A DNA stretch of 64,000 nt from Candidatus Shapirobacteria bacterium. Its GTDB lineage: Bacteria; Patescibacteriota; Microgenomatia; UBA12405. The number at the start of each line of letters is the position of its first letter. Within the stretch, counting starts at the first letter, position 1. Location of the stretch: contig JBAYIT010000002.1 of assembly GCA_041665485.1 (NCBI GenBank), forward strand, positions 5,867 to 69,866. The letters are read 5' to 3'. Made by a program: the position numbers and the translations under genes. Positions 1-10,452 of this stretch are shown piece by piece. The notes beneath the pieces were generated by a model. That model saw only the letters and a program-made list of their open reading frames with translations, was not told where the DNA came from and made no database searches.

Positions 1-657
1 TCCGCTATTCTTGGTCTATTTCTTTATTTTAAAAACAATCGTCCTTCACGTTATTTTTGGTTAATACTTTCTTGGTGGATCCTGCCCCTATTGGCCGATT
101 GCGCCTTTACCAAAGTTTTTACCGCCCGCTATGTTCTTTACACTCTTCCTCCACTCCTTATCCTCATTGCTCTTGGTGTTAGCCAATTTAGTCGTTATCG
201 TTTGTTTCCCTTCCTGTTATTTATAATATTGATTCCTAATATTATCTGGATTAAAAACATGTCCTTTAGGCCATTTACTGCCGTAATTCCGCCTTCCGAA
301 TCCGGTTATCTTCGCGATTGGACTTCGGGGTGGGGGATTAGAGAAGCCTCTGTCTATTTTAAATCCAGGGCCAAAGAAGCCAACATTATCGTTGGTACTG
401 AAGGTTTTTTTGGTACTCTCCCCAATGGCCTGCAAATATATACTGACCACGTTAACCAACTTACTGTTATTGGTACCGGTGTTGATATTCATCAAGTGCC
501 TCCGGAGCTGATTAATGCCAAAAATTACGGTGATGAGGTCTATCTCCTCTTTAATGCCTCCCGTCTCAAGCTCACTCCAGATGATTTTTCCAAACTTAAA
601 CTAATCCAGTCATGGATCAAACCAGACGGCGACAGTTTATTATTGCTTCAGCTGTGA
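1..657 (+). CDS. Partial (5'-truncated by the window) polytopic membrane protein, probably the C-terminal part of a GT-C glycosyltransferase
   Basis: Frame 1 is open from base 1 (SAILGLFLYF...). TARY motif, a final TM helix, then a soluble tail (WTSGWG...GTEGFFGTLP) typical of ArnT/PMT-like C-termini. Confidence 0.65.
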   Translation, partial: SAILGLFLYFKNNRPSRYFWLILSWWILPLLADCAFTKVFTARYVLYTLPPLLILIALGVSQFSRYRLFPFLLFIILIPNIIWIKNMSFRPFTAVIPPSESGYLRDWTSGWGIREASVYFKSRAKEANIIVGTEGFFGTLPNGLQIYTDHVNQLTVIGTGVDIHQVPPELINAKNYGDEVYLLFNASRLKLTPDDFSKLKLIQSWIKPDGDSLLLLQL

Positions 658-659
658 TC

Positions 660-668
660 TGCTAAACT
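660..668 (+). promoter_or_regulatory. Putative extended -10 element (TGCTAAACT), leaderless configuration
   Basis: TGnTAnnnT lies 5 nt before ATG 674; no SD motif. Confidence 0.55.
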
Positions 669-673
669 CAACT

Positions 674-1912
674 ATGTCAAAACCTTGGTTAATTTTCTTA
701 ATTACCATCGCCCTTTTCCTCCGTTTCTTTCTTATGGCTTTTTGTTACCACCCCGATCTTGCCGGCCAAAGCCTTTCCACCTACTTTTGGGGATTTAAAA
801 ATGTTACCAATGTTTACGACCATCTTCTTTCTTTACCTCCAACTCACCCTCTTGTCAAAAACTTTGGTATTAGTGACATTTTTATTTATCCGCCCTTAAC
901 CTACTTTACTCTCGGCACCTTCGAAAAAGTTTTTGGCTTCACTGGCCTTGGTCAATTTCTCGAAACTCTTATGTCTGGTGCCAATGTTTATCAAATTAGT
1001 AATCTTAATCTCTATCTTTTTCTTCTCAAATTACCTTATTTATTTTTTGATTTGGCTGTCGTTTACCTGCTTTATCGTTACTTTGATCAACCCCAAAATA
1101 AGCGCCTTTCCGCTCTCCTTTGGCTTTTTAATCCTGTCACTCTTTACGCCACTTTTGCCATGGGTGTTTTTGATATTATTCCTGTCTTTTTTACTGTTCT
1201 TTCGCTTTACCTTCTCAAGAATAAACATCTCCTTTGGGCTTCTTTATCAATCGGCTTCGGCATTGCCTTCAAAATGTACCCTATCTTTTTACTTCCCTTT
1301 CTCATTGCTCCGGCAAAAAATCTATCTACCAAAATCAAAATTATTGTCGTCGGGTTTCTGCCTCTCATTCTTACCAACCTCCCCTATATCTTCTCTTCTG
1401 CCTATCGCTATATGGTTTTTAGCCCCAAAAGCCAAAAAATGCTTTTTATGCAATGGCCACTTTCCGGCTCTGAAGGCATTTTTCCATTTATCTTTATCCT
1501 TACCTTCCTTTATCTTCTCGCTTCGTCACTTAAATCGTTTCGGCCCATCAAGGCCTATTATTTGGCTTTTTTTCTTATTCTCTTTTCTGTCACCCACTAT
1601 CATCCTCAGTGGTTTATCTGGGGAGCCCCTTTTTTAATCATCGAATTTATTAGTCATCGTCTTCGTCATCCTTGGTTATATCTTGGTTTGTTTTTGATTT
1701 ATGTTTTTATTGTTTTTACTTTCGAAAATTCTCTTTCCATCGGCCTTTTCGCTCCACTTAATCCCAGTCTTGCCCAATTTGTCGGCACCGCTAATTTGCT
1801 TTCCCAAAAAATTAATCTCGATCAAACCAAAAGTCTTTTTCGTAGTGTTTTTGCCGGTATTTCTCTTTATCTGACCTATGTCAATCTTAAAAAAATCGAT
1901 GTTCAAAAATAA
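674..1912 (+). CDS. GT-C fold membrane glycosyltransferase (GT87/PIG-M/ALG-like, HxD type)
   Basis: Many TM helices; YHPDL after TM1, YPPL, LKLP, WLFNP, GVFD, KMYP, HPQW. Confidence 0.75.
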   Translation: MSKPWLIFLITIALFLRFFLMAFCYHPDLAGQSLSTYFWGFKNVTNVYDHLLSLPPTHPLVKNFGISDIFIYPPLTYFTLGTFEKVFGFTGLGQFLETLMSGANVYQISNLNLYLFLLKLPYLFFDLAVVYLLYRYFDQPQNKRLSALLWLFNPVTLYATFAMGVFDIIPVFFTVLSLYLLKNKHLLWASLSIGFGIAFKMYPIFLLPFLIAPAKNLSTKIKIIVVGFLPLILTNLPYIFSSAYRYMVFSPKSQKMLFMQWPLSGSEGIFPFIFILTFLYLLASSLKSFRPIKAYYLAFFLILFSVTHYHPQWFIWGAPFLIIEFISHRLRHPWLYLGLFLIYVFIVFTFENSLSIGLFAPLNPSLAQFVGTANLLSQKINLDQTKSLFRSVFAGISLYLTYVNLKKIDVQK

Positions 1913-3581
1913 ATTTTTTTTTCCTATTCTTCTCTTGCTTTTAGTCCTGCCAGCCACTAGGTTCTTTTTTCGGTCAGGAGACTATTGGAATATGCACGAT
2001 GATATGCAGGTTATTCGTCAGCTTGATTTTGAGAAATGTCTAACTGATGGCCAGATACCCTGTCGTTGGGTTCCAGATTTAGGTTATGGCTACGGCTATC
2101 CCTTGTTTAATTACTACCCCCCATTGCCCTACATTGTTGGTCAAGTCTGGCGAACTGTCGGAGCTTCGTTTACTGACACTGTCAAGTTTACCGCCCTTAC
2201 CCAAATCATTCTCGGAGCTTTTTTTATGTATCTTCTTGGCGCCTCTCTTACCAATAAATGGGGGGGCTTGATTTCCGCTCTCTTTTTTACCTATGCTCCC
2301 TATCACGCTGTCAATATTTACATTCGCGGTGCTATGAATGAAGCTTGGGCAGCCACCTTTTTCCCCCTGGTATTATATTTCATTAGGCGGGCTATCCTTG
2401 ACTCAAAAGTAAAATATTATCTCGGTATCTCCCTCTCTTTCGGTCTTATTCTTCTGTCTCACAACCCCATGGCTTTGATTTTCGCTCCCCTGGCCATTCT
2501 TTGGTCTCTTTACTGGCTTTTTATTTCCCAAAAACAATTTTTAAAAACAATTGTCTCTTTGGCCATGTCGGTTGTTCTTTCGCTTTTATTTTCTGCCTTT
2601 TACACCCTTCCTCTCTTGGTCGAAACCAAGCTTGTTCAAATTGAATCCATGTTTTCTGGCTATTACCACTATTCTGTTCACTTCGCCACTATAAAACAGC
2701 TCTTTATTAGTAATTTTTGGGGCGACGGTCCATCGGTTTGGGGCACGGAGGACAAAATGTCCTTTATGATTGGTTACCTCCATTGGATTTTGCCCATCTT
2801 TGTTTTTATTGCCTATCTTTTTAAATTTAAAAAAAGTCACAAATTTATAGACTTATTTCCTCCGGCTCTGGTTCTAATTGGTTTTTTCTCTGCTTTCATG
2901 TCTCATGAACGTTCCACTCCCTTTTGGCAAATATTTCCCGTTATTCAAAATGTTCAATTTCCTTGGCGCTTCCTCAATCTAACTACTTTTATCTTTTCCA
3001 CCAGTATTATCTTTCTTGTCAATCTTATTAAGAAGCCCATTTTCTATGTGTTGATTATTACCAGTCTTCTTATTCTTAATCTTGGTTATTTTTATCCGAT
3101 TCATTCCGGGCCGGTCACTGATTCGCAAAAGTTTAGTGGCCAAAGCTGGCGTCTTCTCATCACCGCCAGTATTTATGATTATCTCCCCAAGTCAGCTGAA
3201 ACGGCCCCCAAGTCGCCATCCGTCGGGCTTATTGATGAAATAATCCCGTCAGACATTTCCCTTACTATCAAGAACGAAAAACACGGCACCGATTGGTTCT
3301 TTGTAAACTTTAATCTCAATAGCGACGCTCAAATTATCTTTGGTCAGCTGGACTTTCCCAACTTTTTAATTCTTGACCAAGATCAACCAATTCCCCATTT
3401 TACTGAAAACAAGCTTGGTCGGATTGGAGTTAATCTTAAAGCCGGTAATCATCAGCTTTTTGCCAAGCTTCAAAATACTCCCATCCGGACTCTTGCCAAT
3501 CTACTTTCTCTTGTCTCTTGGATTAGTCTATTTATCTGTTTAATTCGCTATCTGTGGCTGAAATTAACACCTCGGAAATAA
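1899..3581 (+). CDS. YfhO/PTPS-related-domain membrane protein, putative GT-C glycosyltransferase
   Basis: MHDD, DGQIPCRW, GYGYPLFNYYPPL, RGAMNE, QFPWRFL and a YfhO-like C-terminal beta domain with a final TM. ATG 1899 preferred over 1878. Confidence 0.75.
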   Translation: MFKNKFFFPILLLLLVLPATRFFFRSGDYWNMHDDMQVIRQLDFEKCLTDGQIPCRWVPDLGYGYGYPLFNYYPPLPYIVGQVWRTVGASFTDTVKFTALTQIILGAFFMYLLGASLTNKWGGLISALFFTYAPYHAVNIYIRGAMNEAWAATFFPLVLYFIRRAILDSKVKYYLGISLSFGLILLSHNPMALIFAPLAILWSLYWLFISQKQFLKTIVSLAMSVVLSLLFSAFYTLPLLVETKLVQIESMFSGYYHYSVHFATIKQLFISNFWGDGPSVWGTEDKMSFMIGYLHWILPIFVFIAYLFKFKKSHKFIDLFPPALVLIGFFSAFMSHERSTPFWQIFPVIQNVQFPWRFLNLTTFIFSTSIIFLVNLIKKPIFYVLIITSLLILNLGYFYPIHSGPVTDSQKFSGQSWRLLITASIYDYLPKSAETAPKSPSVGLIDEIIPSDISLTIKNEKHGTDWFFVNFNLNSDAQIIFGQLDFPNFLILDQDQPIPHFTENKLGRIGVNLKAGNHQLFAKLQNTPIRTLANLLSLVSWISLFICLIRYLWLKLTPRK

Positions 3582-5011
3582 CCCGAAAAGCTACTTCGTC
3601 AGTAATTTTTTTATCATTACGTAACTTTGGCCTCCAGGCTGTTTCTCTGGTTGGTTTTTTTATTCTCACTCTTCTCCTTGGCACCGGAGAGGTTGGTCTT
3701 TTTGCTATAGTTGCCGAATCAGTTGCAATTTTTGCCTATTTTTCAGATGTCGGTCTGGCCTCAGCCCTAATTCAACAAAAAAAACCAATTTCTCAAATTC
3801 AATTAAGAACTACTTTTTTTATCCAACAAAGTCTGGTAATTATTGCTCTTTTGATAGTTCTCTATTCTTATCCTAAATTGGCTGTCGCCAAAAATTATGG
3901 TCTGCCCGAAACTCTGATCTTAACTGCTCTCTGTTTTTCTTTTTTGACTGCCTCTCTTAAAACCATCCCTTCAGTTTTACTTGAGCGTCATCTCAATTTT
4001 AAAACCATTTCTCTGGTAGATATCGTCGAAAATGTCAGCTTTTATCTTGTCGCCGTTATTTTTGCCCTACTAGGTTTTGGGGTTTATTCATATGCTATCG
4101 CTACTGTTGTCAGAAGTGCTCTTGGTCTTTTTCTTATTTACCATTATCAGCCTTGGCCCATCGGTATCTCATTTTCTCTTCACACTGCTAAAAAACTCTT
4201 TCGTTATGGTATTCCCTTTCAATTCAATTCTCTGATCGCTATGGCCAAGGACCGGTTATCAACCATTGTTGTTGCCGGTATCTTAGGCCGAGTTGAGTTC
4301 GGCTTTCTCTCTTGGTCTCAAAAGGGTCCGAGAATTCCCCTAAGCTTCATGGATGCCGTCATGCGGGTTACTTTTCCTGCCTTCTCCCGCCTCCGCCAAC
4401 AGCCGGAGCTACTTAAACGATCTTTAGAAAAAAGTGTTTTTTTTATTGCCTATTTTGTTTTTCCTCTTATGTCGCTTTTAGTTTTAGTCGCCCCTCATTT
4501 TATTGATCTCATTCCCAAATACAACAAGTGGCAACCAGCTCTGTTGCCGATGTATCTTTTCTGCCTAAACTACAGTATCGCCGCCATTACTACTCCCATA
4601 ACTAACGCCTTTAATGCCACTGGTAAAATTTTTCTTACTTCAAAATTTATGATCATGTGGACTGTTCTCACTTGGATTTTTTATCCTCTTCTTACCGCTA
4701 AGTTTGGTTTCGTTGGCACAGCCATTGCTGCTTTGATTGTCTCTTCAAGTTCTTTTATAGTTTGGTATTTTGCCGATAAAATCTACTCCGTTAATCTCTA
4801 TCTTGTTGTTGGTCACCCTTTCATTGCTTCTGTTTTGGCTCTATCTATCGGTTTATATATTCTTGATACCTATCCCCAAAACCCATTGATGTCAATTATC
4901 ACCGGTTCGTTGATTTTTACCGCTTTTTACCTTAGTTATAGTTACCTTTTTCTCAAGTCGCATCTTCTTTGGTTTATTAATCAACTAAAAAAAAGTTTTA
5001 ATGTCACTTAA
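3554..5011 (+). CDS. wzx: Oligosaccharide flippase (Wzx, MOP/PST family)
   Basis: 485 aa, about 12-14 TM, DVGLASALIQ motif, VTFPAFSR. Confidence 0.85.
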   Translation: MAEINTSEITRKATSSVIFLSLRNFGLQAVSLVGFFILTLLLGTGEVGLFAIVAESVAIFAYFSDVGLASALIQQKKPISQIQLRTTFFIQQSLVIIALLIVLYSYPKLAVAKNYGLPETLILTALCFSFLTASLKTIPSVLLERHLNFKTISLVDIVENVSFYLVAVIFALLGFGVYSYAIATVVRSALGLFLIYHYQPWPIGISFSLHTAKKLFRYGIPFQFNSLIAMAKDRLSTIVVAGILGRVEFGFLSWSQKGPRIPLSFMDAVMRVTFPAFSRLRQQPELLKRSLEKSVFFIAYFVFPLMSLLVLVAPHFIDLIPKYNKWQPALLPMYLFCLNYSIAAITTPITNAFNATGKIFLTSKFMIMWTVLTWIFYPLLTAKFGFVGTAIAALIVSSSSFIVWYFADKIYSVNLYLVVGHPFIASVLALSIGLYILDTYPQNPLMSIITGSLIFTAFYLSYSYLFLKSHLLWFINQLKKSFNVT

Positions 5012-6644
5012 GCATCTATTAGTCTTAGTTGCCGGTTCCATCCTCCTTTCTGTCACCATGATTCGTAGTGGTAGTCTTTACTCTTATGGTTTTGGTTATT
5101 GGGGTCCAAACGGTCACGACGCCATCTGGCATCTGGCCGTAATTGAACAGTCGAGGCTGGCTATCCCCCCTCAAAACCCTATTTTTTCCGGGGCAGAACT
5201 TACCAATTATCACTGGGGTTACGATCTTTTTGCTAGCTTTATTAGCTCTCTCACCGCTCTTAATGTTCAAACCATTTATTTTAAAATTATTCCGTTTTTA
5301 ACTGCTTTTTTTTATGGTTTATTTGCCTATCTATTTTTTTTCGAACTTACCAGAAACAAAATTGGTGCTCTAATTTTTATTGGCCTTAACTTTTTCGCCG
5401 GCTCTTTAGGCTGGCTAATTACTCTATTCCAAAACGGATCCTTGGGTGGTGAGTCGCTTTTTTGGTCGATGCAAGGAGCCTCCACTCTCATTAACCCGCC
5501 TTTTGCCTTATCTCTGGTTTTCCTGTTTCTGGGTTTATGGCTAACACTCAAAAAGTTTAATCCGTTTTTAGTTGGAGCAATTTTTGGCTTGCTGGCTCTA
5601 ATTAAAATCTATTCCGCCATCCTCTTTGGTCTTTCTCTCTTTCTTTATCTTATTGTAGATATTAAAAACAAAACATATTATCTTAGGCTTTTTGGAGCCT
5701 TTTCACTCTTAACCATTATTGTTGCTTTATTTCTCGGTTATCTAAACTCCGGCTCCCTTGTTGTTTGGCAACCTTTTTGGTTTGTTCATTCCTTAATTGA
5801 ATCAACTGACAAATTGTATTGGCCCTCCCTTGCCTCCTACCGTCAAAGTTTATCTCAAAATTTGTCTTTAATTAAACTTCCGCTTTTCATTATTATTGAA
5901 ACTTTCCTAGCTGTAGTTTTTCTTTTGGGTAATTTTGGCACCCGAGTTTTTGGTGTATTTTCCATTAAAACAAAATTAGAAATATCTTTAATCCTCAAAA
6001 CTATCATTTTCTTATCAATTTTATTTCCTCTCTTTTTTATCCAAAAAGGCACAGCTTGGAATACTATTCAGTTTCTTTACTATGGCCTTATTTTTTCCAA
6101 TATTTATTTTGCTATCTTTTTGTCGAAACTCATTCAAACTAAGCGTTTGGCTATTTTTTCAATACTATTTTTAGTTACTGCCCTGACTTCTCTTGGAACT
6201 CTTAAAGACTATTTTGGCAATCCTCCGCCGTCGTCCTTACCCATAGCAGAGATCCAAGCTCTGTCTTTTCTGAAACACCAACCATCCGGTATTGTTTTAA
6301 GCTATCCCTATGATCCTTATCTTAAATCTGGCCTAACTACTCCCATTCCCTTGTATCTTTATGAAACTACCGCTTACGTCTCGGCTTTCTCTGGTAAGGT
6401 AAGTTTTTTGGCTGACGAGATGAACGCCGATATCTTAGGTCTTAATTGGCGTTCTCGCCGAAAAGATATCACCGACTTTTTTCTAACCAAAGATAAGTTT
6501 TTCGCCCGTGGCTTTCTTCTAAACAATCGAATTGACTATATCTATCTTCTCTCTGGCCAACATCTTCCACTTTCGTTAGTCGAGTTAGAAATTGATCAGA
6601 TTTACAACCAAAGCGGTATAACGATTTACCGTGTCAGAAGGTGA
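5001..6644 (+). CDS. Polytopic membrane protein, probable GT-C glycosyltransferase
   Basis: TM1 followed by a loop with GHDAIWHLA and PPQNP...YHW, many TMs and a soluble C-terminal domain. Confidence 0.65.
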   Translation: MSLKHLLVLVAGSILLSVTMIRSGSLYSYGFGYWGPNGHDAIWHLAVIEQSRLAIPPQNPIFSGAELTNYHWGYDLFASFISSLTALNVQTIYFKIIPFLTAFFYGLFAYLFFFELTRNKIGALIFIGLNFFAGSLGWLITLFQNGSLGGESLFWSMQGASTLINPPFALSLVFLFLGLWLTLKKFNPFLVGAIFGLLALIKIYSAILFGLSLFLYLIVDIKNKTYYLRLFGAFSLLTIIVALFLGYLNSGSLVVWQPFWFVHSLIESTDKLYWPSLASYRQSLSQNLSLIKLPLFIIIETFLAVVFLLGNFGTRVFGVFSIKTKLEISLILKTIIFLSILFPLFFIQKGTAWNTIQFLYYGLIFSNIYFAIFLSKLIQTKRLAIFSILFLVTALTSLGTLKDYFGNPPPSSLPIAEIQALSFLKHQPSGIVLSYPYDPYLKSGLTTPIPLYLYETTAYVSAFSGKVSFLADEMNADILGLNWRSRRKDITDFFLTKDKFFARGFLLNNRIDYIYLLSGQHLPLSLVELEIDQIYNQSGITIYRVRR

Positions 6645-6660
6645 TAAACTTATACTTATT

Positions 6661-7599
6661 ATGACCAAGAACAAACCATTAATTTCTGCCGTTATTAATA
6701 TTCACAATGAAGTCAAGACACTCGAGAAATGTCTTCGCTCAATCCGTGGTTTTGCCGACGAAATAATTATTATTGATATGGAGTCAACCGATAATGGTGC
6801 AGAAATTGCCAAGAATTTTAATGCCAAGGTTATTTCTCATCGTTTTGTTAAATATGTTGAACCGGTAAGAAATTTTGCCCTTTCTAAAACTACCGGCAAA
6901 TGGGTATTGATACTTGACCCGGATGAATATCTCAACACTACCCTTAAGAAAGAACTTTTGCGTGTTACTCAAAGAAAAGACGTTGACTTTGTTCGTATCC
7001 CCAGAAAAAATTTAGTTTTCGGGCGCTGGTTACGTCATTCCAACATGTGGCCTGACTATCTTGTTCGTTTTTTTAAAAATGGCCATGTTTCCTGGAAAAA
7101 AGAGATCCATTCTCAGCCAACAACTAAAGGTAATGGTCTTAACCTTCTTGACTCTGAAAAGTTGGCTATTCGTCATCAAAACTATCCTTCCATTAATAGT
7201 TTCATTCAACGAGCTGTTCGCTATTCTTCCGTTCAGGCCGAAGAGCTTATGTCTACCGACTACAAGCTCAAGACCAGTGATTTTATTCTCAAACCAATTC
7301 AAGAGTTTAATAGTCGTTTTTTTCGTGGTGAAGGTTTTAAAGATGGGCTTCATGGCTTAATATTTTGTTTGCTTCAGGCTTTCGCGATCTGTCTCATTTA
7401 TATTCGTCTATGGGAAAAAACAGGTAGCCCAGATAAGCCACTTGCCAAAGACTCTTTCGTTTCTGCTGCCCAAGAGGCCAATTTCGAATTCAACCATTGG
7501 TTTAGCTGGTACTACATTAAGGAAAACAATCAAAATTTCTTTAAAAATTTCTTTATTCGTTTTCGTCAGTTCATTAATCGTCTTACTAAAAATCTCTAA
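6661..7599 (+). CDS. GT2 glycosyltransferase (WaaE/KdtX-like beta-glycosyltransferase)
   Basis: IIDMESTD, LDPDE, IPRKN, WPDY, IHSQP, GFKDGLHG. ATG 6661 preferred, preceded by TGATAAACT/TATACT. Confidence 0.85.
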   Translation: MTKNKPLISAVINIHNEVKTLEKCLRSIRGFADEIIIIDMESTDNGAEIAKNFNAKVISHRFVKYVEPVRNFALSKTTGKWVLILDPDEYLNTTLKKELLRVTQRKDVDFVRIPRKNLVFGRWLRHSNMWPDYLVRFFKNGHVSWKKEIHSQPTTKGNGLNLLDSEKLAIRHQNYPSINSFIQRAVRYSSVQAEELMSTDYKLKTSDFILKPIQEFNSRFFRGEGFKDGLHGLIFCLLQAFAICLIYIRLWEKTGSPDKPLAKDSFVSAAQEANFEFNHWFSWYYIKENNQNFFKNFFIRFRQFINRLTKNL

Positions 7600-7602
7600 T
7601 TA

Positions 7603-8523
7603 ATGACTAGAGTCAATATTGTTATTCTTAACTGGAACCAACTCCAATTAACCCTCGATACTATTGCTTCGGTTAAGAAAATAAGTCATAAATATTTCCA
7701 TTACCGAATTACTCTGGTTGATAACGGCTCCACCGACAACTGTCAAGCCGAACTTAATAAAGCTTTTTATGTTGACTCCCAAGTTAATCTTATTTTCCAT
7801 CGTCAAAATCTTGGCTATGTTGACGGCAATAATTCAGGTATAAAACTTGGGCTAAGTGGCAACTTCGACTATACTCTGATTCTTAACAATGATGTTCAAG
7901 TCGACCCAGATTTTCTCGACAACCTAATAAAATTTTCGGAAAGTAATCCTCAATATTCTATCCTTGGTCCTAAAATTTATTTTGCTCCCGGCCATGAGTT
8001 TCACTTATCCCGTTATCAAAAAAAAGACCTCGGCCGGGTTATTTGGTCTGCCGGCGGTCATATCGACTGGGGCAATGTTATTGGTAGTAATGTCGGAGTC
8101 GATGAAGTTGACACCGGCCAATACAATTCGATTAACGATACTGTCGATTTTATTTCCGGTTGCGCTATTTTAGTTAAAAACCAGGTTTTTCAAAAAATCG
8201 GTCTTTTTGATTCCTGCTATTTTCTTTATCTTGAAGATGCTGACTTTTGTCAAAGGGCTCTTCGCGCCGGTTTCAAAATGGCTTGTGTTCCTAATTCAAT
8301 CATTTGGCATATTAATGCCGGATCTTCCAGTAGTGGTGGTAATCTTCATCATTATTTCTTGAGCCGCAATCGTCTGGTCTTTGGTTTCCGCTACGCCAAT
8401 TTCAAAACTAAACTAGCCCTACTCCGTCAGTCTATCGCCATTCTTTTTAATCCGCCATCCTCTTGGCACCGTCGTGGAGTTATTGATTATTTTTTAAATA
8501 AACTTAACCGTGGTAGTTGGTAA
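7603..8523 (+). CDS. GT2 glycosyltransferase (WbbL/RfbF-like)
   Basis: ILNWN, VDNGSTD, LNND, SGCA, YLEDADF, SRNR. Confidence 0.9.
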   Translation: MTRVNIVILNWNQLQLTLDTIASVKKISHKYFHYRITLVDNGSTDNCQAELNKAFYVDSQVNLIFHRQNLGYVDGNNSGIKLGLSGNFDYTLILNNDVQVDPDFLDNLIKFSESNPQYSILGPKIYFAPGHEFHLSRYQKKDLGRVIWSAGGHIDWGNVIGSNVGVDEVDTGQYNSINDTVDFISGCAILVKNQVFQKIGLFDSCYFLYLEDADFCQRALRAGFKMACVPNSIIWHINAGSSSSGGNLHHYFLSRNRLVFGFRYANFKTKLALLRQSIAILFNPPSSWHRRGVIDYFLNKLNRGSW

Positions 8524-9292
8524 TAGTTTAAGTGTTATTATCGTTGCCGGCAATGAAGAAAAGATGATTGCCGATTGTCTTAAAAGTTGCGCTTTTGCTG
8601 ACGAAGTCATCATTTGCCACAACTCAACCGACAACACCATTAAATTGGCCAAACAAATTTATCCTAAAGTTATAATTAAAGAGAACAAACTTAACCAACA
8701 AAAATTTGATTTTGCCGTCGCTAGAAACATCGGCTTTAAAGAAGCTCGTTCATCTTGGGTTTTGTATTTAGACTGTGATGAGAGAATTACCTTGGCCCTA
8801 TCCAAAGAAATTATTAAAATAACTAAGTCCAAAGAAGTTCCCTTTACTAACTACGACATCCCCCGAGCCAATTACTTTTTGGGTCAGCGGGTTAGATATG
8901 GTGGTACTTATCCAGATTACGTTAAAAGGCTCTTCTTGAGAAGTAGTTTTTCCGGTTACGTCGGTTCACTTCATGAACAGCCTCAAATTTCTGGTCCTAG
9001 CTCTGTTTTAAAAAACGACTTAATTCATTTAACCCACCGCGATCTGACTTCAATGTTGGAGAAAAGCATAAAGTGGACTGTTATTGAAGCCGAAATGCTT
9101 CACGATTCCGGTCATCCACCGGTAGTTTGGTGGCGATTTCCTCGGATGATGTTCACTAAATTTTGGCAAAGATTTGTAAAGGAACAAATGTGGCGCGACG
9201 GTATCGTTGGTCTTATTTCCGTCATTTTTGAAGTCTTCGACACCTTTATAATTTATGCCAGATTATGGGAAATACAACAAAAAAGGAATTAA
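8510..9292 (+). CDS. GT2 glycosyltransferase (WaaE/KdtX-like)
   Basis: NEEKMIADCL, LDCDER, IPRAN, YPDY, LHEQP. Confidence 0.85.
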   Translation: MVVGNSLSVIIVAGNEEKMIADCLKSCAFADEVIICHNSTDNTIKLAKQIYPKVIIKENKLNQQKFDFAVARNIGFKEARSSWVLYLDCDERITLALSKEIIKITKSKEVPFTNYDIPRANYFLGQRVRYGGTYPDYVKRLFLRSSFSGYVGSLHEQPQISGPSSVLKNDLIHLTHRDLTSMLEKSIKWTVIEAEMLHDSGHPPVVWWRFPRMMFTKFWQRFVKEQMWRDGIVGLISVIFEVFDTFIIYARLWEIQQKRN

Positions 9293-10452
9293 GAGCCGGT
9301 ATATACGACCCCTATCTTGACACTCTTGGAGGAGGGGAGAGATATTGTCTTACTGTTGCCGAGATTTTACTCAAACAGGGATATACTGTCGATCTCTTTT
9401 GGTCAGGAAACAAAGAAGTAATCGCCAAAGCTAAAGATAGGTTTTCTCTTGATCTCGACGACATGAATTTGGTTTCCGACATCTTCTCTTCTCCTGCTAA
9501 TTTAACTGACATTGCCGACAATCCCGAAATCATTAGAATGCTTCTTGCTAATCCCACCCATCGTAAAATGGCCAGTCTTTGGCAAAGATTCAAAACCACC
9601 TCCAAGTACGACCTCTTCTTCTATCTTTCTGATGGTAGTTTGCCTTTTCTATTTTCCAAAAAAAATCTCTTACACCTTCAAGTTCCGTTTAACTATTTAC
9701 CAAACCAATGGCAGAAAGTCAGCAATTATCTTAAGTTAAAACTCATCAATAAAGTTATCTGCAATTCCCGTTTTACTAGTCGTTTTATTTCCAAGTTACT
9801 TTCAAAAAAGCCGTCTGTTCTTTACCCTCCCGTCGACGTTGATCGTTTTAGTCCAAGTCCTGTCAAAGAAAACATAATTCTCTCTGTTGGTCGATTTGAC
9901 AATATCCTTAACGCCAAAAGGCAAGATATATTAATAGATATTTTTAAAGAATTAATTACTAAAAACAGCCTTCCTGGTTGGAAATTAGTTTTAGCCGGTG
10001 GTAGCCACCAAAAAAGTCAAGACAATAAATATCTTAATCTCCTTATTGATCAAGCAAAGGGTTATCCGATTGAATTTCTCGTCGATCCTCCCTTTGCTGA
10101 TCTTGTCAATCTCTATTCAAAAAGTAAAATCTATTGGCATGCCGCCGGATTTGGTGTTGATGAGAATCAAGAACCTCAAAAAACTGAACATTTTGGAATA
10201 GTTGCTGTCGAGGCTATGGCCAGTGGTTGTGTGCCGGTGGTAATTAATAAAGGTGGTCTTCCCGAAATTATTAACCCCGGTATTAATGGTTACCTTTGGT
10301 CTGATTTTCCTCAAGCAATCGAATCAACTATGAAATTAATTAATGATCGCGGTCTATTAGAAAAGCTATCTCATAGGGCTTTAGGTGATTCAAAAAAGTT
10401 TTCTAAAAGTAACTTTGAGTCTGACCTTTTATCCATTTTACAAAACAAATGA
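9265..10452 (+). CDS. GT4 glycosyltransferase (ALG11-like subgroup)
   Basis: LGGGERY, CNSRFT, YPPVD, SVGRF, EHFGIVAVEAMASG. Confidence 0.9.
   Translation: MGNTTKKELRAGIYDPYLDTLGGGERYCLTVAEILLKQGYTVDLFWSGNKEVIAKAKDRFSLDLDDMNLVSDIFSSPANLTDIADNPEIIRMLLANPTHRKMASLWQRFKTTSKYDLFFYLSDGSLPFLFSKKNLLHLQVPFNYLPNQWQKVSNYLKLKLINKVICNSRFTSRFISKLLSKKPSVLYPPVDVDRFSPSPVKENIILSVGRFDNILNAKRQDILIDIFKELITKNSLPGWKLVLAGGSHQKSQDNKYLNLLIDQAKGYPIEFLVDPPFADLVNLYSKSKIYWHAAGFGVDENQEPQKTEHFGIVAVEAMASGCVPVVINKGGLPEIINPGINGYLWSDFPQAIESTMKLINDRGLLEKLSHRALGDSKKFSKSNFESDLLSILQNK

Noticed and set aside
933-1637. 234-aa alternative-frame ORF, and the many other 60-160 aa nested ORFs in the track
   Set aside because: They are fully nested in well-supported genes and have no motifs. 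T/C-rich membrane-protein coding sequence is depleted of off-frame stops, which explains them.
1914-2266. T9 (1914-1922) and G7 (2260-2266) homopolymers, also C7 at 22113-22119, as phase-variation tracts
   Set aside because: A/T runs of 8-9 are common throughout this AT-rich window, and 7-nt G/C runs encoding Gly/Trp are short. All frames are intact.
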